DNA of 64,000 nt from Pseudolabrys sp. (GTDB lineage Bacteria > Pseudomonadota > Alphaproteobacteria > Rhizobiales > Xanthobacteraceae). Shown here one piece after another: positions 1 to 9,924 of the stretch. A model generated the notes under the pieces. The model had not been told where the DNA came from, made no database searches, and worked only from the letters and a program-made list of their open reading frames with translations. The translations under genes were made by a program, and so were the position numbers. The DNA is taken from the NCBI GenBank assembly GCA_035648715.1, contig DASRLA010000007.1:6445-70444 (forward strand), given 5' to 3'. How positions within the stretch are numbered: the stretch's first letter is position 1; every line of letters begins with the position of its first letter.

Positions 1-925
1 TCAGGCCCTCGACCACCACTTTGCGGCGCTTGTCGAACTCGGCGATCATCTTCCACACTTCGTCTTGCGGACCCGTGAGCGCGGCAAGACCGGCATATTG
101 CGCCGAGGCGTTGACGCAGGAATGCAGGTTCACCGCCAGCTTGCGCGCATAGTCGTAGAGCTTGCCCGGCCACACGGCATAACCCAGACGCCAACCAGTC
201 ATCGCATAAGTCTTCGACCAGCCGTTGAGCAGAATGAGTCGGTCGCGGATTTCGGGGTACGACAACAGGCACACGTGCTTCTCGCCGTCATAGGTCATGT
301 GGTCGTAGATCTCGTCCGACATGACGGCGACGTCCGGCCACTTGGCGAGCCCAGCGACCAGTTTGTCGACTTCCGACTTGGGCGTGACGCCGCCGGTCGG
401 GTTGGCCGGCGAGTTGACGATCAGCAGCCGCGTCTTCGGCGTGATCAGCTTGAGCGTTTCCTCCGCCGAGAAGGCGAAGCCGTTTTCCTCGCGGATCGGC
501 ACCGGAACGGGCGTCGCACCGGTGAACTCGATCATCGAGCGGTAAATCGGAAAACCCGGATCGGGATAGAGGATTTCGGCCCCCGGCTCGCCGAACATCA
601 TGATCGACATGAACATGGTCGGCTTGCCGCCCGGCATGATCATGACGCTGCCGGGATCGACGTCGACCGCGTAGCGCTTGTGCAGGCTGGCCGCCACCGC
701 CTCGCGCAGTGCCGGGATGCCATTGGCCGGGGTATAGCCGTGATGGCCGTCGCGCAGCGCCTTGATCGCCGCCTCGACGATGAATTCGGGTGTGCGGAAG
801 TCCGGCTGGCCGATGCCGAGATTGATGATGTCGCGCCCTTGCGCGGCCAGTGCATTGGCGCGGGCGAGCACCGCGAAGGCGTTTTCCTCGCCAATGCGAT
901 CAAAGGCCGCAATCGTCTTGAGCAT
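1..925 (-). CDS. PLP-dependent aminotransferase class I/II (partial, runs off the window start)
   Basis: Minus strand from ATG at 925 reads MLKTIAAFDRIGEENAFAVLARA...INLGIGQPDF...; later NSPANPTGG, SDEIY and GWSKTYAMTGWRLG (PLP-lysine motif). Absent from the ORF track because there is no stop in the window. Confidence 0.9.
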   Translation of the reverse strand, partial: MLKTIAAFDRIGEENAFAVLARANALAAQGRDIINLGIGQPDFRTPEFIVEAAIKALRDGHHGYTPANGIPALREAVAASLHKRYAVDVDPGSVMIMPGGKPTMFMSIMMFGEPGAEILYPDPGFPIYRSMIEFTGATPVPVPIREENGFAFSAEETLKLITPKTRLLIVNSPANPTGGVTPKSEVDKLVAGLAKWPDVAVMSDEIYDHMTYDGEKHVCLLSYPEIRDRLILLNGWSKTYAMTGWRLGYAVWPGKLYDYARKLAVNLHSCVNASAQYAGLAALTGPQDEVWKMIAEFDKRRKVVVEGL

Positions 926-1145
926 CGGTAATCTCCCCGGGATTGGCAATTTTGGCGGCAGTTCACCGCATCCTCAGGTGAAAATCAAACGAATCCCGGG
1001 CCTTGGCCGATGATGGTTCGATGGGGGAGCGGTGTTCAGCCGCGCTCGGGTGGGCCGGGCGCCCGCCCGTCGTATTCGGATATGCATATTCTAGCGGTAC
1101 CGCATTATGGATCATGATGCCGGCATGTATCACGGCGGGCCGACC

Positions 1146-1484
1146 ATGCAACGAAACACCAAGCGCAGCACCGGAAGCGGCCTGGGCCACTCGGTCCACG
1201 AAAGCCAGGCTTTGGAGGTCCTCAACACGCTGGTCAGCAGCGGTACTGATCCTAGCCGCCTGTTGGAGCTTTATTACTGGACGCGCGAGCCCGGCATCAT
1301 CGAATTAATCCGCGCCTATCTCGACCTGCCCGAGGCAACACAACGCAGCCTGGGCGACTTCCTGCTCAATACTAAACCGCGCATGATCGAGGCCGCTTTC
1401 GACACGCAGGGGCGCCTGGTGCTATCACGGAACGCGGCGCCGGCTCAGCGCGTACAGCCGGAAAAGCTCAGGCAGTCACGCTAA
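1146..1484 (+). CDS. small hypothetical protein
   Basis: ORF 1107..1484 with protein-like composition (SRLLELYYWTREPGIIELIRAYL); stop overlaps the convergent oxidase gene; start at 1146 is a guess. Confidence 0.55.
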   Translation: MQRNTKRSTGSGLGHSVHESQALEVLNTLVSSGTDPSRLLELYYWTREPGIIELIRAYLDLPEATQRSLGDFLLNTKPRMIEAAFDTQGRLVLSRNAAPAQRVQPEKLRQSR

Positions 1485-2551
1485 CGCGCCAAGAGGTCTG
1501 GCGTGGCGTCTTTGAGGCTCGCCGTGCCGCTCAATTGCATGGCGCGCACCAGTTCGACGTGAAAATGATCGAGTACCGCCCGCACGCCCTCGGCACCGTC
1601 AACCGCCAAGCCCCAGATCACCGGCCGTCCGATCAAAACAGCACGCGCACCGAGCGCCAAAGCTTTCAGGATGTCGGTGCCGCGCCGGATGCCACCATCG
1701 ACATAGACTTCGGCCTTGTTGCCCACCGCCTGCACGACCTCGCCGATGACGGCGGCGGTCGTCACCGTGGTGTCGAGATGGCGGCCGCCGTGATTGGAAA
1801 CGATGATGGCGCGCGCGCCATGCTCGGCGCAGGCAAGCGCGTCGTCGCCGCGCAGCACGCCTTTGACGATCACCGGTATCGGCGAACGCTTGACCAGCCA
1901 TTCCAGTTCGGCCCAGGCGGCCGGATACATTACCTTGCCGACAAAGTCGGGATGATAGGCCGTGCGCGCCATCGGCTTGCCCGGCATGTTGATGTTGAGA
2001 ATGTCCGGTGACGGGATGTGCTGTTCGCGCGAGGCGCGTGGCGACCAACCGCCGACCGGCGCATCGACGGTCAGCACCAAAGCGGTGAAACCGGCTTCGG
2101 CGAGACGGTCGATCAGCGCTTCGACCTCGGCTCGCTTCGGCCAATAATAAAGCTGGAACCATTGCGGCGCATCGCGCCGTTCTTCCGCCACGTCTTCGAT
2201 CAGGATATTGGAATTCGAAGCCATCACGTAAGCCGCGCCCGCCGCCGCCGCGCCGCGCGCGGTCGCCCGTTCGCCAAGTTTATGAAATAATTTGTGACGC
2301 CCGGTCGGCGCCACCATGATCGGCGTCGACACCTGCTGACCCAGCAAGGTGACGCGTGTGTCGATCGCGGTCACGTCGCGCAGCACGCGCGGGCGCAGCC
2401 GCAGCGCGCGCCAGGCCGTGATATTCTCGACCATGCTGATCTCGTCGTCGGCGCCGGCGGCACAGAAAGCAAACGAGGCCGGCGGCATCGAGGCCCGCGC
2501 TTGTTCCTCCAAAGCGTCGAAATCAACACTGTCCACGGCGTTCTCCCGCAA
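1481..2551 (-). CDS. FMN-dependent alpha-hydroxy acid oxidase/dehydrogenase
   Basis: SNHGGRHLD, DGGIRRGTD and WFQLY motifs. Confidence 0.92.
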   Translation of the reverse strand: MRENAVDSVDFDALEEQARASMPPASFAFCAAGADDEISMVENITAWRALRLRPRVLRDVTAIDTRVTLLGQQVSTPIMVAPTGRHKLFHKLGERATARGAAAAGAAYVMASNSNILIEDVAEERRDAPQWFQLYYWPKRAEVEALIDRLAEAGFTALVLTVDAPVGGWSPRASREQHIPSPDILNINMPGKPMARTAYHPDFVGKVMYPAAWAELEWLVKRSPIPVIVKGVLRGDDALACAEHGARAIIVSNHGGRHLDTTVTTAAVIGEVVQAVGNKAEVYVDGGIRRGTDILKALALGARAVLIGRPVIWGLAVDGAEGVRAVLDHFHVELVRAMQLSGTASLKDATPDLLAR

Positions 2552-2712
2552 AATTCAATCGTTGTTCGCCAGTCTAGCCTAATTCGGCGCGGCAAAGTCC
2601 ATGACAGGCCGGTTAGCCCATGAGCAAGGGTCATAGCCCACCTCACGGAATGGCATTGTTATTCATTGCTCAATCGTTCTACGGTCGCCCGCTTCCAGAC
2701 CAGGAATTGCAA

Positions 2713-3558
2713 ATGGCCGCCCCCTCTACCGCCGACAAGCGCCGTGCCTTCCGCCAGTTGCATGCGAGCGGCTGCTTCGTCATTCCAAATCCCTGGAATT
2801 CCGGCACCACACGCTATCTGCAAATGCTCGGCTTCAAGGCGTTGGCCACCACCAGTTCCGGTTACGCTCACGCCCAGGGCTATGCCGACGGCGAAGTGAC
2901 GCGCGACATGGTGCTGGCCCATAGCCGCGAAATGGCAACGGTCGCCGATGTGCCGGTGAATGCCGACTTCGAAGCGGGTTACGGCAATAGCGCCGCCGAG
3001 GTCGCCGATAATGTGCGGCTTTGTGTCGAGACCGGCGTCGCCGGCCTGTCGATCGAAGACGCCACCGGTGACGAACGCAAGCCGCTCTACGATTTCGACA
3101 CGGCACTCGAACGCGTGCGCGCCGCGCGCGCGGCCATCGACAAGACCGGCGGCGACGTCATCTTCACCGCCCGCACCGAAGGATTCATCAAAGGCCTGCC
3201 GAACATGGACGAAACCATCCGGCGGCTTAAGGCTTTTGCCGACGCCGGCGCCGATTGCCTTTACGCGCCGGGCATCAAGACGCGCGAGCAGATCGAAACC
3301 GTGGTCAAGGCGGTCGCGCCCAAGCCGGTCAATTTGCTGATGTCAGCGGCGTCGGGTCTGACGGTCAAGGACATCGCCGAGATGGGCGTGCGCCGCATCA
3401 GCGTCGGCGGCACCTTGGCGCGCGTCGCCATGCACGCCTTCATCAAATCGGCAAAGGAAATAGCCGAAAGCGGCGCCTTCGACCGCTTCGCCGGCGTGAT
3501 CTCGAACGCCGAACTCAATGCCGTGTTCGAGTCAGGCGAGAAAAGCAAAGGCCCATGA
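2713..3558 (+). CDS. isocitrate lyase/PEP mutase family protein
   Basis: PNPWN, ATTSSG, ADFEAGYG, GLSIED, ADCLYAPG motifs; start placed at MAAPST after a GGA RBS. Confidence 0.88.
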   Translation: MAAPSTADKRRAFRQLHASGCFVIPNPWNSGTTRYLQMLGFKALATTSSGYAHAQGYADGEVTRDMVLAHSREMATVADVPVNADFEAGYGNSAAEVADNVRLCVETGVAGLSIEDATGDERKPLYDFDTALERVRAARAAIDKTGGDVIFTARTEGFIKGLPNMDETIRRLKAFADAGADCLYAPGIKTREQIETVVKAVAPKPVNLLMSAASGLTVKDIAEMGVRRISVGGTLARVAMHAFIKSAKEIAESGAFDRFAGVISNAELNAVFESGEKSKGP

Positions 3559-4280
3559 ACGGCGGCGAGCCCCATCCGGAGACCGGCCAACCGATCGGCC
3601 TGCCGGTCGACGCCACGCCGGCACAACGCCCGGGTCCGGTAACGTTGCAGGGGCGCTATGGCCGTCTGGAAAAACTCGAACCGCGCCACGCTTCCGGTTT
3701 GTGGAACGTGTTCAAGGGCTATCCCGACGTCTGGACTTACATCAGCACCGACGGCCCATTCACCGATGAAAAAACATTTTCCGATTTCATCGCCAGGCGC
3801 ACGGCGGCGAGCGATCCTTATGCCTATGCGATTGTCGAGCCAAAGGGCCGCGCGCTCGGTTATCTGACACTGATGGAAATTCGGCCCGAGATGCGCGTGA
3901 TCGAAGTCGGGCACGTTTTGTATTCGCCGCAACTACAGCGCACGCCACTGGCGACCGAAGCGCAATATCTGCTGGCGCGCTATGCCTTCGAGACGCTCGG
4001 CTACCGGCGCTACGAATGGAAATGCAATGCGCTTAACGCAGCCTCGCGGCGCGCGGCACGGCGTTTTGGCTTTACCTTCGAGGGCATCTTCCGCCAGCAT
4101 CTGATTGCCAAGGGCCGCAACCGCGACAATGCCTGGTTCTCCATGCTCGATAGCGAATGGCCGGCGCGCAAGGCCGATTTCGAGCGCTGGCTCGCGCCCG
4201 AGAATTTTACGCTCGCCGGCGGACAGAAATTAAGTCTGAGCGCGATCAATGGTGTCGTGACAAACGGCTTGCCCGCATGA
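3555..4280 (+). CDS. GNAT (RimJ/RimL-type) N-acetyltransferase
   Basis: IEVGHV, YRRYEWKCNALN, FEGIFRQH, GRNRD motifs; ATGA overlap with the upstream stop. Confidence 0.88.
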   Translation: MNGGEPHPETGQPIGLPVDATPAQRPGPVTLQGRYGRLEKLEPRHASGLWNVFKGYPDVWTYISTDGPFTDEKTFSDFIARRTAASDPYAYAIVEPKGRALGYLTLMEIRPEMRVIEVGHVLYSPQLQRTPLATEAQYLLARYAFETLGYRRYEWKCNALNAASRRAARRFGFTFEGIFRQHLIAKGRNRDNAWFSMLDSEWPARKADFERWLAPENFTLAGGQKLSLSAINGVVTNGLPA

Positions 4281-5521
4281 GTGAAGCCGAAGCGCCGCCG
4301 ACCGGCGGGCTGCTCGAACAACGCTCTTTCGTGCTGTTCTGGTTGGGGCGGTTATCCGCCACCACCGGCTATCAGATGCTGGCACTGCTGATCGGCTGGA
4401 AGGTTTACGAGCTTACAGGCAGCGCCTTCGATCTCGGACTGGTCGGGCTGATCCAGTTCGTACCGGCGGTCGTTCTCACCTTGTTGATCGGGCACGCAGC
4501 CGACCGTTACGACCGCAAGATGATCATCCGCGTGGCGCAGAGCGTCTACGCACTGGCCGCCGCGCTCATCACCGGCGCCATGCTCGCCGGTGTGCTGAGC
4601 CGCGACCTGTTGTTCGCCGCCGTCTTCATGATCGGCTGCGCGCGCGCCTTCGAATTGCCGACCGGCCACTCGCTGGTGCCGGCTCTGGTGCCAGCGCGCA
4701 TGTTGTCACGCGCGGTCGCGGCCTGGACCTCCGCCAACCAGGTGGCGGTGATCTGCGGACCCGCCCTCGGCGGCGTGATTTACGCGGTGAAGCCGGTCGC
4801 GGTCGCGGCGCTGTGCGTAGGATTTTTTCTCGGCTCGATGACGCTGGTGACCCTGATGCGCGTGCAAGGCCGTGTCGCCAACCGCGAGCCGCCGACACTT
4901 CGTTCGGTGCTGGCAGGTTTCGAATATATCCGCACCCGCAGGCGGCTGCTGGGCGTGATTACGCTCGACCTGTTCGTCGTGATCCTGGGCGGCGCCACCG
5001 CGCTGCTGCCAATTTTCGCCAAGGACATTCTCGCCGTCGGACCTATTGGCCTCGGCCTCTTGCGTTCGGCGCCTGCCGCGGGCGCGCTGGTAACGGCGGC
5101 CATCCTGTCGCGCTTCCCGATCGAGCGCCACATCGGCCGCAAGATGTTCGCCGTGGTCGCGATCTACGGCATTGCCACCACGATCTTTGCGCTCTCGACC
5201 TGGTTTCCGTTGTCGCTTTTCGCGCTCGCCATTCTGGGCGCCTCCGACGCCGTCAGCATCGTCATCCGCTTCACGCTGGTGCAGTTTGAGACGCCGGACG
5301 ACATGCGCGGGCGGGTGAGCGCGATCAACTACCTTTTCGTCGGCTCGTCGAATACACTGGGCGAGTTCGAATCCGGCACGGTCGCCGCGTGGCTCGGCGC
5401 GGTGCCGTCGGTGCTGATCGGCGGCCTCGGCTCGCTGGTGATCGCGGCGATGTGGATGGGATTGTTTCCGGATTTGCGCAAGATCGACCGTTTCGAAGCG
5501 GCGGACGACAAAAAGGCTTAA
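4277..5521 (+). CDS. MFS transporter (MFS_3-like)
   Basis: About 12 hydrophobic segments; GHAADRYDRK motif A; ATGA overlap. Confidence 0.9.
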   Translation: MSEAEAPPTGGLLEQRSFVLFWLGRLSATTGYQMLALLIGWKVYELTGSAFDLGLVGLIQFVPAVVLTLLIGHAADRYDRKMIIRVAQSVYALAAALITGAMLAGVLSRDLLFAAVFMIGCARAFELPTGHSLVPALVPARMLSRAVAAWTSANQVAVICGPALGGVIYAVKPVAVAALCVGFFLGSMTLVTLMRVQGRVANREPPTLRSVLAGFEYIRTRRRLLGVITLDLFVVILGGATALLPIFAKDILAVGPIGLGLLRSAPAAGALVTAAILSRFPIERHIGRKMFAVVAIYGIATTIFALSTWFPLSLFALAILGASDAVSIVIRFTLVQFETPDDMRGRVSAINYLFVGSSNTLGEFESGTVAAWLGAVPSVLIGGLGSLVIAAMWMGLFPDLRKIDRFEAADDKKA

Positions 5522-5538
5522 GTTCGAGGGGAACGCCA

Positions 5539-6519
5539 ATGCATATCCTGGTCACCGGCGCCGCCGGCATGATCGGCCGCAAGTTGACCGAACGGCTGGT
5601 TAAGGATGGCAAGCTCAATGGCGCCAAAATCGACAAATTGACCCTGATCGACGTGGTGCCACCGGCAGCGCCGGCGGATTTCGGCGGCGAAGTGTCGCTC
5701 ACGGCCGGTGACCTCGCCGGTCCGGGCGTTGCGGAAAAGGAGATTGCCGCAAGGCCGGACGTGATCTTCCATCTCGCCGGCGTCGTCTCCGGCGAAGCCG
5801 AGACCGATTTCGAGAAGGGCTATCACGTCAATCTCAACGGCACGCGCGCGCTCATCGAAGCGATCCGCGCCGCCGGCGACGGCTACAAGCCGAAAGTCGT
5901 TTTCACGTCGTCGATCGCGGTATTCGGCGCGCCCTTCCCGGATGCCATCCCGGATGAGTTCCACCTGACGCCGCTCACCTCCTACGGCACCCAGAAGGCG
6001 ATCTGCGAATTGCTGCTGGCCGACTATACGCGGCGCGGCTTTCTCGAAGGCGTCGGCATCCGCCTGCCGTCGATCGTGGTACGGCCGGGCAAGCCGAACA
6101 AGGCAGCCTCCGGCTTCTTCTCCGGCATCATCCGCGAGCCGCTCGCCGGCCAGGAAGCGTTGCTGCCCGTTGCCGACACGGTATTGCATTGGCACGCCTC
6201 CCCACGCTCGGCGGTCGGATTCCTCATTCACGCCGCGGGCCTGACGCGCGCGCAACTCGGCGACCGCATCGCGCTGACCATGCCCGGTGTCTGCTGCACT
6301 GTCGGCGAGCAGATCGAAGCGCTCACCCGGGTCGCCGGCAGCAATGTCGCCGGCCGCATCCGGCGGGCGCCGGATGCCCTGGTCGAACGCATCGTCGCCG
6401 GTTGGCCCAGCCGTTTCGATCCGAAACGTTCGTTAGCCTTGGGTTTCAAGGTCGAGGCCAGTTTCGACGACATCATCCGCGCCCACATCGAGGACGAATT
6501 GGACGGTAAAGTCGCCTGA
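5539..6519 (+). CDS. denD: NAD-dependent epimerase/dehydratase SDR, D-erythronate dehydrogenase-like
   Basis: TGAAGMIG, HLAGVVSGEAE, SYGTQK, RPGKPNKAASGFFSGIIREPL, typical of the DenD/YgbK-neighbour SDRs. Confidence 0.75.
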   Translation: MHILVTGAAGMIGRKLTERLVKDGKLNGAKIDKLTLIDVVPPAAPADFGGEVSLTAGDLAGPGVAEKEIAARPDVIFHLAGVVSGEAETDFEKGYHVNLNGTRALIEAIRAAGDGYKPKVVFTSSIAVFGAPFPDAIPDEFHLTPLTSYGTQKAICELLLADYTRRGFLEGVGIRLPSIVVRPGKPNKAASGFFSGIIREPLAGQEALLPVADTVLHWHASPRSAVGFLIHAAGLTRAQLGDRIALTMPGVCCTVGEQIEALTRVAGSNVAGRIRRAPDALVERIVAGWPSRFDPKRSLALGFKVEASFDDIIRAHIEDELDGKVA

Positions 6520-6566
6520 AAGCGCGAACTTGCCGCCCGGCGGGCCAGTCCTTACATTACGTCGTC

Positions 6567-7391
6567 ATGACTTATGTTGACGCTTCTGTAGCGCCTCTCC
6601 GTAAAACCGGACAGATCAAGATTCATGGGCCCGCCGCCTTTGAAGGCATGCGCAAGGCTGGGCAATTGACGGCGCGCTGCCTCGACATGCTCACCGATCA
6701 CGTCGGGCCGGGCGTACCGACCGACGCCATCGACAAACTGGTCTACGAGTTCGGCATGGACCACGGCGCGCTGCCGGCGACGCTGATGTATCGCGGCTAC
6801 AAGAAATCGACCTGCACCTCGCTTAATCATGTGGTCTGCCACGGCATCCCGGGCGACAAGCCGCTCAAGGAAGGCGACATCGTCAATATCGACGTGACAC
6901 TGATCCTCGACGGCTGGCATGGTGATTCCAGCCGCATGTATCCGATTGGCAATATTCCGCGCCGGGCCGAGCGGCTGATCGAGGTCACACATGAATCGAT
7001 GATGCGCGGCATCGCCACCATCAAGCCCGGCTCGACCACCGGCGATATCGGCGCGGCGATCCAGAGCTATGTCGAAGCCCAGCATATGAGCGTGGTGCGT
7101 GACTTCTGCGGCCACGGCCTCGGCAAACTTTTCCACGACGAACCCAACATCGTGCATGTGGGCAGGCCGGGCGAAGGCGTCGTGCTCAAACCGGGCATGT
7201 TCTTCACCGTCGAGCCGATGATCAATCTCGGCCGCCCGCATGTGAAGGTGCTGTCGGACGGCTGGACCGCGGTCACGCGCGACCGCTCGCTATCCGCGCA
7301 GTTCGAGCATTCCGTCGGCGTCACCGAGGACAGCGTCGAGGTTTTCACCTTCTCGCCAGCCGGTCTCGATAAACCCCCGTATAAGCGCTAA
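6567..7391 (+). CDS. map: type I methionyl aminopeptidase
   Basis: VCHGIP, NIDVT, GDSSRM, GHGLG...HDEP, TVEPMIN, AQFEHS. Confidence 0.97.
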   Translation: MTYVDASVAPLRKTGQIKIHGPAAFEGMRKAGQLTARCLDMLTDHVGPGVPTDAIDKLVYEFGMDHGALPATLMYRGYKKSTCTSLNHVVCHGIPGDKPLKEGDIVNIDVTLILDGWHGDSSRMYPIGNIPRRAERLIEVTHESMMRGIATIKPGSTTGDIGAAIQSYVEAQHMSVVRDFCGHGLGKLFHDEPNIVHVGRPGEGVVLKPGMFFTVEPMINLGRPHVKVLSDGWTAVTRDRSLSAQFEHSVGVTEDSVEVFTFSPAGLDKPPYKR

Positions 7392-7467
7392 TTGCCTTCA
7401 ACATACCCTCGTCGGCTGCACCGGACTGCACTACAATAGCCCGCAGCGGTTGTGCAGGCGCGTAATC

Positions 7468-8190
7468 ATGTCCGACGATATCGACAGGACCGAGGAGTTT
7501 TCCGGCTTATCGGAGGCGTCTCCGCATTATCACGGCCATCGTGAGCGCCTGCGCGGGCGCTTCCGCGAGGCCGGAGCCGAGGCAGTCAGCGAATACGAAT
7601 TGCTCGAACTGGTGCTGTTTCGCGCCATCCCGCAACGCGACGTCAAGCCGCTCGCCAAGGAGCTGATCGCCAAATTCGGCTCCTTCGCCGAAGTAGTGGC
7701 GGCGCCGCGCGCGCGGCTGAAGGAAGTGAAAGGCATCGGCGAGGCGGTTGTCGACGAACTCAAGATCGTGCATGCGGCTGCCAACCGCCTGGTGCGCGGC
7801 CAGCTTCAGAAAAAGCCTGTGTTGTCGTCCTGGTCGAACGTGATCGACTATTGCCGCGCCGCCATGGCCTATGCAGACAAGGAGCAGTTCCGCCTTTTGT
7901 TTCTCGACAAGCGCAACCAACTCATCGCCGACGAGGTGCAGCAGATCGGCACCGTCGACCACACGCCGGTCTATCCGCGCGAGGTGGTCAAACGCGCACT
8001 CGAACTATCGGCGACCGCACTCATTCTGGTGCACAACCACCCGTCGGGCGATCCGACGCCCTCGCGCGCCGACATTACGATGACGCAGGCGATCATCGAC
8101 GTCGCCAAGCCTCTGGGTATTTCGGTGCACGACCACATCATCGTCGGCAAGGAAGGCCACGCCAGCTTCAAGGGATTGAAGCTGATTTAG
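7468..8190 (+). CDS. radC: RadC/JAB domain protein (long chromosomal form)
   Basis: GHRERLR N-terminus, HhH region, [23 protein letters not shown]; map-radC synteny is typical of alphaproteobacteria. Confidence 0.95.
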   Translation: MSDDIDRTEEFSGLSEASPHYHGHRERLRGRFREAGAEAVSEYELLELVLFRAIPQRDVKPLAKELIAKFGSFAEVVAAPRARLKEVKGIGEAVVDELKIVHAAANRLVRGQLQKKPVLSSWSNVIDYCRAAMAYADKEQFRLLFLDKRNQLIADEVQQIGTVDHTPVYPREVVKRALELSATALILVHNHPSGDPTPSRADITMTQAIIDVAKPLGISVHDHIIVGKEGHASFKGLKLI

Positions 8191-8204
8191 CCTGCGCAGT
8201 GCCG

Positions 8205-8888
8205 CTACTGCCGCGTCAGTGTGACGGAACCGGGGCTTTCCGGAATTCGGTGCCACACGCCGCCCTCGCCTTCGCCAAATCGCCAGACTGTGCCACGCGC
8301 CGGCGTCAGCACCAGTTCGCCGCGGTCCAACTGCCAATGCGCGAAATTGAGGCGCGCGATCGTCGCGTCGCAGGCCGGCTTCACCGACAACGCCAGCCCA
8401 TCGCGCAGCGGTGTGATGGAAAGCGTCAGGCTGCAAATCACCGCGCCTTCTTTCTTGATCGCCCAATCGCCGACGAGGTCGTCGGGAACCCGCAGCGGCG
8501 GCGCGTTGGCCGCGGTGTTTTGCAGGAACAGCACGCCGACGCCCGGCGTCGGCGCTTCGTAAAGGCCGGTTTCGACTTCGCTGAATTCGATCAGCGGCTT
8601 GCCTTCGGCGTCGAGCAAAAACAAATTATCATTATCGGGAAAGCGCCAGCCGGCAATGCCCTGCACCAGCGGAAATAGCGCGGCGCAGTTGGCGTCGAAC
8701 TCGACCTTGAAGCCGACCTTGACGGAGTCGCGCCTAAAGGAGGCGGTGCATATCTTGGTGCGTTCGGCGTTGGAAAATTCCCATGGCCCCAGCAAGCCCT
8801 TGGCGGAATCGCCAAGTACGGGCGTTTGCGCCTGCGCAACGCCGGTCAGCAAGGTCACGAAAATGACGGCAAGCAGGGCGCGATTCAT
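8205..8888 (-). CDS. AprI/Inh-family metalloprotease inhibitor (two domains)
   Basis: Signal peptide; two repeats each with G-x-W and a Cys pair (GPWEF...C...C; GDWAI...C...C). Confidence 0.65.
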   Translation of the reverse strand: MNRALLAVIFVTLLTGVAQAQTPVLGDSAKGLLGPWEFSNAERTKICTASFRRDSVKVGFKVEFDANCAALFPLVQGIAGWRFPDNDNLFLLDAEGKPLIEFSEVETGLYEAPTPGVGVLFLQNTAANAPPLRVPDDLVGDWAIKKEGAVICSLTLSITPLRDGLALSVKPACDATIARLNFAHWQLDRGELVLTPARGTVWRFGEGEGGVWHRIPESPGSVTLTRQ

Positions 8889-8931
8889 GCAGCAAATCCT
8901 AGCGCATCCGGCGCGGCCCGTCCCGCCGGTG

Positions 8932-9912
8932 CTATTTTTTCGGCGGATATTGCGTCTCCGCCACCGGCGTCAGCGGTGGCTTGCCCGCCGCCCAGGCCAG
9001 GATGTTATCGACCACAAGCTGGTCCATCGCCGCCCGCGTCACCTCGGTCGAGGAGCCGAGATGCGGAAACAGAACAACATGATCCATCTCGATCAGTTCC
9101 TTCGGCACCTGCGGTTCCTTGGCGAAAACGTCGAGACCGGCGGAGTAAATCGTACGATTTTTCAGCGCTTCGATCAGCGCCGGTTCGTCCACGACCGAAC
9201 CGCGCGCCATGTTGATGACGATGCCCTGGGGGCCGAGCGCCTTGAGCACCTCGGCATTAATCAGGTTCCGAGTGGCGGCGCCGCCGGGCACGATCACCAT
9301 CAGGGTATCGACAGCGCGCGTCATGTCGACGAGCTTCGGATAATATTTGTAGGCGACTTCCTGCGGATTGCGCGAGTGGTAGACCACCGGCACGCCGAAG
9401 GCCTCCAGGCGCTTGGCAATCGCCTTGCCGATACGGCCCATGCCGACCATGCCGACAGTGCGGTTGCGCAGCGTCGCCTTGCTGAGCGGATATTGCGCCT
9501 GCGGCCATTTTCCCGCGCGCACGTAGCGGTCGCCTTGCGGAAATTCGCGCACGGTGCACAGGAGAAGACCGAGCGCGGTGTCGGCGACTTCTTCGTTCAG
9601 CACTTCCGGTGTGTTGGTGACGATGATGCCATTCGCGCCTGCCCACTTGGCATCGATGTGATCGTAGCCGACGCCGAAGCTCGAAATCTGTTCGAGCTTG
9701 GGGAATTGCTGCATGAAGGCGGCGTCGATCTTGTTGGCGGTATAGGCGACCGCGATGGCGCGGATTTTGCCGCCCACCGATTTGACCATGGCAGCCTTGT
9801 CGGGCGCGCCCAGGTAATCGTGCAACGCGACGTTCGGCTCCAGGCCTTTCATCAGGACCGGCTTGCGCGCGCCGACCAGCAAGACATCCGGCTTTTCGCC
9901 CACCATGTTCAA
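8932..9912 (-). CDS. D-isomer specific 2-hydroxyacid dehydrogenase
   Basis: GVGYDHID, GMGRIG, NMARGSVVDE, GLDVF.KEP, PHLGS. Confidence 0.93.
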   Translation of the reverse strand: MNMVGEKPDVLLVGARKPVLMKGLEPNVALHDYLGAPDKAAMVKSVGGKIRAIAVAYTANKIDAAFMQQFPKLEQISSFGVGYDHIDAKWAGANGIIVTNTPEVLNEEVADTALGLLLCTVREFPQGDRYVRAGKWPQAQYPLSKATLRNRTVGMVGMGRIGKAIAKRLEAFGVPVVYHSRNPQEVAYKYYPKLVDMTRAVDTLMVIVPGGAATRNLINAEVLKALGPQGIVINMARGSVVDEPALIEALKNRTIYSAGLDVFAKEPQVPKELIEMDHVVLFPHLGSSTEVTRAAMDQLVVDNILAWAAGKPPLTPVAETQYPPKK

Positions 9913-9924
9913 CTCCGTAATCTT

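Noticed and set aside
2620-3558. PEP mutase plus ComDE-like genes as a phosphonate biosynthesis pathway
   Set aside because: The ICL/PEPM protein lacks the EDKxxxxxNS PEP mutase motif and lies ~57 kb from the decarboxylase genes.
7468-8190. radC as a marker of a mobile or anti-restriction island
   Set aside because: This is the long chromosomal form in the usual map-radC context with host-like composition.
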